From Trueperaceae bacterium (GTDB lineage Bacteria > Deinococcota > Deinococci > Deinococcales > Trueperaceae), in assembly GCA_965213705.1 (NCBI GenBank), contig OZ243913.1, positions 2,400,001 to 2,464,000 of the forward strand: a stretch of DNA of 64,000 nucleotides. The letters run 5' to 3'. Positions within the stretch are counted from its first letter, which is position 1, and each line of letters opens with the position of its first letter. The notes under the pieces are model-generated. The model was given only the letters and a program-made list of their open reading frames with translations. It ran no database searches and was not told the origin of the DNA. Both the position numbers and the translations under genes were made by a program. Of this stretch, positions 58,421 through 64,000 are shown one piece after another.

Positions 58421-58921
58421 ATGACGGGTTTGCGACGCCACCTCGCCTCGTTTTCGCGGTTGCATTTTTCACGGCTGCGTTTTTCGCTGCGCCCTTTTTT
58501 GGGGGAGTCGTGGCGAGGGTGGCGCTGGGCCGTTGCGGGCGTCTTTGCGCTCCTCGGCCTGCTCGTAACGGTCGTCTACCTTAGCCGACCCGCGCCGGCG
58601 ACCGACCCGGCTAGGGCCTTGACCGCCGAAGCCCAGGTGTACTTGCAAGACGCCGAAGTCGCGGCGCGTTTAGCCGTTCTTAAAACCTACCTGACAAACC
58701 GGCGCGACGCAGCCGAGCTTCAACCGCTCTACACGTCGGCCGCCGACTTGCTGAGGACGAGTCACGCGGCGCTGCCTGTGGACAGCCCGTTACCGAGCTG
58801 GGCGGACCTGGAGCCCACGGTCACCCGCCTCGGCGTGCAGCTTGCCGACGGCGACGCTGAGGCCGTGACCACGTTGGACACGCTGCTGACCATCCTCGCC
58901 GGGGCCTCACCCAAACGGTAA
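58421..58921 (+). CDS. Hypothetical membrane-anchored protein
   Basis: Single TM segment followed by a helical region; TAAACT just upstream of ATG. Confidence 0.55.
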   Translation: MTGLRRHLASFSRLHFSRLRFSLRPFLGESWRGWRWAVAGVFALLGLLVTVVYLSRPAPATDPARALTAEAQVYLQDAEVAARLAVLKTYLTNRRDAAELQPLYTSAADLLRTSHAALPVDSPLPSWADLEPTVTRLGVQLADGDAEAVTTLDTLLTILAGASPKR

Positions 58922-58974
58922 ACGACTCCAAAGCTCGCGCGCCGTGGCGGCCCGTCTGTGGCGCCGGTTCGCTC

Positions 58975-60051
58975 CTACGGCCCCGACGGGCGCTTGTACC
59001 AAGGACTGTCGACGTAGTAACTCGTGTAGAGCACCTTCAAAAAAGCCGCCACGGGCACGGCCAGCAACGCACCGAGAAACCCGAACAACGCCGCACCCAG
59101 CAAAATCGCGAAGATGACCGTCACCGGGTCGAGCGCGATGAGTTTGGAAAACACCAGCGGCGTCAGCAGGTGACCGTCTACCTGGTTGACCGCCACGAGA
59201 ACGACCAGGGCGGCGACCACGACCGTGCTCCCTTGCGTCGACGCCAACAGCACGGTCGGCACGGCCGTCAGGATGGGACCTAAAAAAGGTATCAGGTTGA
59301 ACAGCCCGGCCAAAACGCCGAGGGCCAAGGCCAACGGGACGCCCACCACGCTCAAACCCAGAAAGGTCAGGACGCCGACGCACAGGGCGATAAGGACCTG
59401 TCCCCGCACGTAACTGCCCACCGAAGTCCCGGCCGTCGTGACCAGGTTTTCGACCAAAGGCCGGTGCCGGTGCGGAAAAGCGCGCAAAAAACTGCGCGTG
59501 TAAACGGGAAAGTTGTAGAGCAAGTACAGCGTGAGGACGAACACGACGCCCACCTGCGCGCCGCTGCCCGCGACCCTCAGCAAGGTCTCGGTCGGTCCTG
59601 CGTCACCGCCCGCTGCCGTGAGTTGGGGCAGCAACTGGGTGGTGAGGTAAAGGCTGAACTTTTGCAAGTTGATGTAAACCTGTTGAAAGACCGCGCCGAA
59701 GCGGGGGTCGAACTGCCGCGCCAGCAAGTAGGGCAGGTCTTGAACGGTGGCGACGATGCCCGGTAGCTTCAGCACAAAGGTGGAAAGCTGGGCCGACACC
59801 TGAATGCCGAGCAGCCACAGTAGCGCCCCGACGCCGAGCAGCGCGGCAACGACAGCCGCGACGCCGACGGCCCGGTGAAACCTTTTGGATACCGAGGTGA
59901 CGAACGGGTTGAGAAGGTAAGCGAGCAGGTAGGCTACTAAAAAGCTCACCCACACCTCGCGCGTTTTGTCAAAAAGAAAGTAAAGCGCAACGCCGGCCGC
60001 GGCGATAAACAGAAATCGTAAATAAGCGTTGTCCCACAGCTTGCCGAACAT
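58975..60051 (-). CDS. AI-2E family transporter
   Basis: LAYLLNP, YVRGQ, IPFLGP and G.LGALLAVP motifs. Confidence 0.9.
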   Translation of the reverse strand: MFGKLWDNAYLRFLFIAAAGVALYFLFDKTREVWVSFLVAYLLAYLLNPFVTSVSKRFHRAVGVAAVVAALLGVGALLWLLGIQVSAQLSTFVLKLPGIVATVQDLPYLLARQFDPRFGAVFQQVYINLQKFSLYLTTQLLPQLTAAGGDAGPTETLLRVAGSGAQVGVVFVLTLYLLYNFPVYTRSFLRAFPHRHRPLVENLVTTAGTSVGSYVRGQVLIALCVGVLTFLGLSVVGVPLALALGVLAGLFNLIPFLGPILTAVPTVLLASTQGSTVVVAALVVLVAVNQVDGHLLTPLVFSKLIALDPVTVIFAILLGAALFGFLGALLAVPVAAFLKVLYTSYYVDSPWYKRPSGP

Positions 60052-60064
60052 GCTCAACCGGCCC

Positions 60065-61252
60065 TCACGGCCCGAAGGGGCCGCGCACAACGGCGTCGAC
60101 GGTCGGGAGCGGCGTCAAAAACTGGTCGTTGAGCGTGCCGACAAGGTAGAGCGTGTATAGGGCGCCGGGGACCAGCTGCGTGTCTTGCACCGCCGCCAAC
60201 ACGAAGTCCGTACCTGCAAGCCGCACCTCGAGCGTCTGTCGTCCGGCCGCCAAGTCAAAGTAAGGCGAAGCGTCGGGAAAGCTCAAATCGCTCAGTACGG
60301 GCGCTCGCACGTCGTCGGTACCCGCGTCGTCGGCCCCCGCGTCTTTGCGGCTGACGACGTCTACGGCGTTGACGCCGGGCGCGGCGTGGACCACGCGCAA
60401 GAAGACTCGGCCCGCGGGGGGAATCGTCAAAACGTCCTCGTAGAGTTGCAGCTGCGTGCGGTGCCACACCGGCGCTCCGGCCGCTTGCGCCACAGGAGCG
60501 ACGGTGGCCGGGTTGTTCGCGGTCGGGGTGCCCGTGGCCGGGACGCCTGCGGTCGGTGCGCCGCCGTCACTGCGTTGCAGGTCGATGGGCAGCGTCGTCG
60601 TTTCGCCGGGGTTGACGCGCAGCTGCAGGGTTGCCGTCTGAAAGCCGTCCCGCGCGGCGGTCACGGTGTAGCGGCCGGGCTCGAGCCGTTCCAAGGTTTG
60701 CGACCGCTCGACCTCGACGGCAAACGAGCGCGGCCCGGTGATGCGCACCGCGGTACCTGGCTCGACCTCGACGTTGAGGCTGCCGCCGCGGTTTTGCGCG
60801 ACGGGGGGGTTGAAAAAGCCGGGCATCCCGAGCGTGTAGTAGCCGCCCGCCGCCAGGTCGACCGAGACGGTGAAGGGCTCGAGCGGCGCGACGCGGATTG
60901 CCGTGTCGCTGGCGTTTGGCGCTGCTGAGTCTGCTGACGAGTCTCCTTGCGCCGGTACCTGCTCGGCGCTTGCCGGAGCTGCCGACCCGTCTGTGGGTGC
61001 GGGCGAAGCTGCGGCGCGGTGGGGAAAAACCTTGACCTCGTGGCGACCGGCGGCGACGAACAAGTAGCCGCTGACGCCGCCGAAGGCCACGTCTTTGAGC
61101 AACAATCGTCCGTCGACGAGCACGTCGACGAGCGGAGCGTCGGGGGAGAGGTGCGCCAAGCGCAACGCGGCCACGCCGTCTTGGGCCAGGGCGAAACCGC
61201 CCAGCAAAAAGCCCACGACCGCCGTCAGCACCCGGTGTAGCGTCGTTGTCAC
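60065..61252 (-). CDS. Secreted DUF4397 domain protein with inserted beta-sandwich (PEGA-like) domain
   Basis: LRLAHLSPDAP.VDV and LRVVHAAP...VDV repeats; LEPGRYTVTA.RDGF. Confidence 0.75.
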   Translation of the reverse strand: MTTTLHRVLTAVVGFLLGGFALAQDGVAALRLAHLSPDAPLVDVLVDGRLLLKDVAFGGVSGYLFVAAGRHEVKVFPHRAAASPAPTDGSAAPASAEQVPAQGDSSADSAAPNASDTAIRVAPLEPFTVSVDLAAGGYYTLGMPGFFNPPVAQNRGGSLNVEVEPGTAVRITGPRSFAVEVERSQTLERLEPGRYTVTAARDGFQTATLQLRVNPGETTTLPIDLQRSDGGAPTAGVPATGTPTANNPATVAPVAQAAGAPVWHRTQLQLYEDVLTIPPAGRVFLRVVHAAPGVNAVDVVSRKDAGADDAGTDDVRAPVLSDLSFPDASPYFDLAAGRQTLEVRLAGTDFVLAAVQDTQLVPGALYTLYLVGTLNDQFLTPLPTVDAVVRGPFGP

Positions 61253-61287
61253 GGTGTCTTTGTCACAGTGCCCTTGTCACGGTGTGT
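61246..61287. repeat. Three 14-bp tandem repeats overlapping the DUF4397 start
   Basis: TTGTCACGGTGTCT TTGTCACAGTGCCC TTGTCACGGTGTGT. Confidence 0.75.
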
Positions 61288-61332
61288 CTACTATGGTGTG
61301 CGTCTACCAAGGTGTCAACAACCCTCGTCAAC

Positions 61333-61620
61333 TCAGTCGGCCTTGAAGGTGATGACGCCCTCTTCGCCCGGCTTGGGCGCCGTCTCGACGAAGCGCAACA
61401 GCAGCGTTTTGGTGTCGCCGTCGCCGCGCCACTTCAGCACACTGCGCTCGAGCTTGTGCAGCAGGTCGTCGACCCGGCTGCCCCACTCGCTTAGGGCGCC
61501 GTCGACAATAACGGTCAGCCCCCCGGCCGCCATTTGCAGGGCCAACTCGTCGGCGGACAAAGCTGCGCACGCTTCTAAAGAGAGCGTCGGTGAGTCTTGT
61601 GGAACCGGTTTAGGTAGCAT
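61333..61620 (-). CDS. Hypothetical protein (95 aa)
   Basis: Strong GAGGAGG RBS before ATG 61620; no family recognised. Confidence 0.55.
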   Translation of the reverse strand: MLPKPVPQDSPTLSLEACAALSADELALQMAAGGLTVIVDGALSEWGSRVDDLLHKLERSVLKWRGDGDTKTLLLRFVETAPKPGEEGVITFKAD

Positions 61621-61813
61621 CGCAACCTCCTCAGCAAAAACCGCACGAGCAGTTCCCAAAGTATAGAGAATTTGCAACTTCGACCAGGTGTAAATGTACT
61701 CTTCCGGAAGTGATTCGGTCAAAAACCAATAAAGGAACAAAAATTGCACAAACAAGTTCATCGTGAAAGTTCTCACTTAAGCACGCCTTCAACCTCTTGA
61801 GGTAGACTTTATC

Positions 61814-64000
61814 GTGCAGCTGACCTCGTTGACGTTACAGGGTTTCAAAAGTTTCGGTGACCGGACGGTGCTGACGTTTGCGCCCGGCGTGACAGCCGTC
61901 GTCGGGCCGAACGGGTCGGGCAAGTCCAACCTGATAGAGGCCCTGCGCTGGGCGACGGGTGGCGGCCGAGCGAGCAGCTACCGGGCGGACGAGAAGACCG
62001 ACCTGATTTTTCACGGGGCGAGCGGCAAGCGGAGCGTCAGCTACGCCGAAGTGGGTCTCAGTTTGCGCGACGGCGCGCGCAGCCACCACGTGGTGCGCAA
62101 CTTGTTCCGGGACGGCTCGTCCAAGCTCAAACTGAACGGTCGCGCGGCCAGGTTTGTCGACGTCGAGGAGGTTTTGGGGGGCAGCGGGCTCGGGCGCGGC
62201 AGCTTGGCCGTCATCGGCCAGGGCGAGGTCGGCGGGGTCTTGATGGCGGGTCCGGAAAAGTTGCTCGAGTACGTGGCCGAAGCCGCCGGGGTCGCCAAAC
62301 TCAGCGGCCGCCGCGACCTCAGCCTGGCCCGGCTGGACACCGCGCACGCTCACCTGTTGCGCTTGGCCGACCGTGAAGAGGTGTTGGCCCTCGAGGTGAG
62401 TGCCCTCGCCGAAGAGGCCGAGCAAGCCGCGTGCTATGTGGCGCTGAACGCCGAAGCGTTGCGTTTGCGCTACACCTACGCGGCCGTCCGAGTGGGGAGT
62501 TTGCAGGCGGAGGTCGCGCAGCTGACAGCGCAGCAAGACGACCTGACGGCGACCCTGACGGCAGGTCGGCGGGCCTTGAAAGACCTGCAGGGCGCGTGGG
62601 GCGAGGCGAGAAGTCGCGCTGCCCGGCTCGAGACCCACTACCGCGACTTAGCGACCGAAGCCGAAGCGCGCCGCGGCGACTTGCGCGTGGCCGAGGAGCG
62701 CCTGCAGGGACTGCGGGCGCGCGCCACCGCGGCGACGCGCGAACGGGACGCAGTGACCGAAGAAATGACCCGGCTCGCCACGCTGAGCGCTCCCGTCGCG
62801 CCCGACCTAAACTTGGCCGACGTGAAGACGGCCGCCCGGCACGCCGAAGAAGCGCACGAGGCGTTGGCGCGCGACCTTGCCACAGCCGAGGCCGACGAGC
62901 AAAACGCGCTGCGCCGCTTGGAGGCGCAGCGCTTGGAGCAACGGCGCGAGGAGCAGGCTTCAGCGAGCCACCGCGCACGCGAGGTCCAACTGCTGGCACA
63001 ACGCGCCGACCTGCAAGCGCGCGCGGCGGCTGTTCGGCTGCCTGTCGACGACGTGGGCGCGCTGCGCGAGGACTTAGAAATTGCCAGCCGACTCTACGAC
63101 CTCGCCAAACGCCGCCAGGCCGAAGCTATCGCGGCCGTCACGGCCCAGCAGGGCGTCCACGCTCGAGCCGCGGCGGAAGCGGCGGCGCTGGCGCGTTCAG
63201 TTGAACGCGCCAGCGCCGCGCTCAAGGCCCGCCGCGGGTTCGCACAGGGCCCCAAACACGCGCTCACCGCCAACCTGCCAGGCGTCTTCGGGGCCGTCGC
63301 CGACCTCGTTCGGGTGCCCGAGCCGTACCGCGTCGCCCTCGCCAGCGCGCTGGGTCGGCGGGTCGAGTACGTCGTCGTCGACACTGCCGACACGGCGCAA
63401 ACGGTTCTCTCTTACGTCAAACAGCGCGGCGGCTGGGTGACCGTGTTGCCGCTCGACCTGGTCGCGGGCAAACCCGGTACGTTGCCGCCGGGCGTCAAGA
63501 ACGCACCCGGCGTCGTCGGGCTCGCCACCGACCTCGTCGAGGTCGGTGAGGCGTTTCGGGGTGTTTTCTATCAACTTTTGGGTACGACGACGCTCGTTGA
63601 AACCTTACAAGTGGGTGTCACTTTGGCGAAAACGCAGCGCACCCGGCCGCGCTTAGTCAGTTTGGCGGGCGACGTCGTCGAGAGTTACGGTGCCTTGTCG
63701 GGCGGTCAAAGCCGCGTCGCGGACTCGGTGCTGGGTCTCGCCGCCGAGGTGGAGGAGGCCGAGGCGAGTGCCGAAAAAGCGCAAAGGGGTGCCGCCGAGC
63801 AAGAGGTCAGGCTGCGCGCTTTTCAAGACGCCGCCAAAACCGCCCAAACCGAAACGGCGTCGGCCGCAACCGTCCTGAAAAGCTTGCAAGCTAGGCTCGC
63901 CGCCGTTGAAGAAGCCGTCAACCTGGCTCGCTCGTTGCGTGGGCAGGTGGGTGAGCAGTTGCAAGACGTTGCGGCGCAACTGGAAGCGCTCGAGCCCCCG
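61814..64000 (+). CDS. smc: Chromosome segregation protein SMC (5' part, runs off the window)
   Basis: Hand translation [15 protein letters not shown]...[24 protein letters not shown] and hinge GV.GAVADL..V...Y..AL..ALG; absent from the ORF track because no stop lies in the window. Confidence 0.93.
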   Translation, partial: MQLTSLTLQGFKSFGDRTVLTFAPGVTAVVGPNGSGKSNLIEALRWATGGGRASSYRADEKTDLIFHGASGKRSVSYAEVGLSLRDGARSHHVVRNLFRDGSSKLKLNGRAARFVDVEEVLGGSGLGRGSLAVIGQGEVGGVLMAGPEKLLEYVAEAAGVAKLSGRRDLSLARLDTAHAHLLRLADREEVLALEVSALAEEAEQAACYVALNAEALRLRYTYAAVRVGSLQAEVAQLTAQQDDLTATLTAGRRALKDLQGAWGEARSRAARLETHYRDLATEAEARRGDLRVAEERLQGLRARATAATRERDAVTEEMTRLATLSAPVAPDLNLADVKTAARHAEEAHEALARDLATAEADEQNALRRLEAQRLEQRREEQASASHRAREVQLLAQRADLQARAAAVRLPVDDVGALREDLEIASRLYDLAKRRQAEAIAAVTAQQGVHARAAAEAAALARSVERASAALKARRGFAQGPKHALTANLPGVFGAVADLVRVPEPYRVALASALGRRVEYVVVDTADTAQTVLSYVKQRGGWVTVLPLDLVAGKPGTLPPGVKNAPGVVGLATDLVEVGEAFRGVFYQLLGTTTLVETLQVGVTLAKTQRTRPRLVSLAGDVVESYGALSGGQSRVADSVLGLAAEVEEAEASAEKAQRGAAEQEVRLRAFQDAAKTAQTETASAATVLKSLQARLAAVEEAVNLARSLRGQVGEQLQDVAAQLEALEPP

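Noticed and set aside
61621..61776. N-terminal extension of the 61333 ORF
   Set aside because: The sequence is AT-rich and promoter-like, and a strong RBS precedes ATG 61620.

Overview
A GC-rich (roughly 60-65% by eye) bacterial chromosome segment. Gene content, leaderless TANNNT-start promoters and protein sequences point to Deinococcota, probably Truepera-like (inference). Most of it is housekeeping: recN, leuCD/leuB, SRP RNA, tctCBA, dnaX-ybaB-recR, three tRNAs, gap, trxA, truD, TRAP and sugar ABC transporters, smpB, asnS, aspS and the 5' part of smc. It also has one IS630-family element and several intact or decayed toxin-antitoxin modules. Main observations: (1) a four-helix-bundle (IVS-protein-like) gene sits between leuC and leuD inside inverted arrays of 7-bp repeats, with an apparently empty homologous site 1.6 kb away and related arrays at other gene junctions; (2) dnaX has a complete -1 frameshift signal with logic opposite to E. 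coli, so the long tau form needs the shift; (3) an unannotated leaderless Leu/Val-rich leader-peptide attenuator precedes leuC; (4) a BTAD-STAND regulator is followed by an unannotated 58-aa ORF and two lipoproteins that share a domain; (5) CTCGAG is strongly over-represented, GATC is nearly absent, and 14-16-bp tandem duplications recur across the window. All calls come from reading the sequence; no database searches were run.
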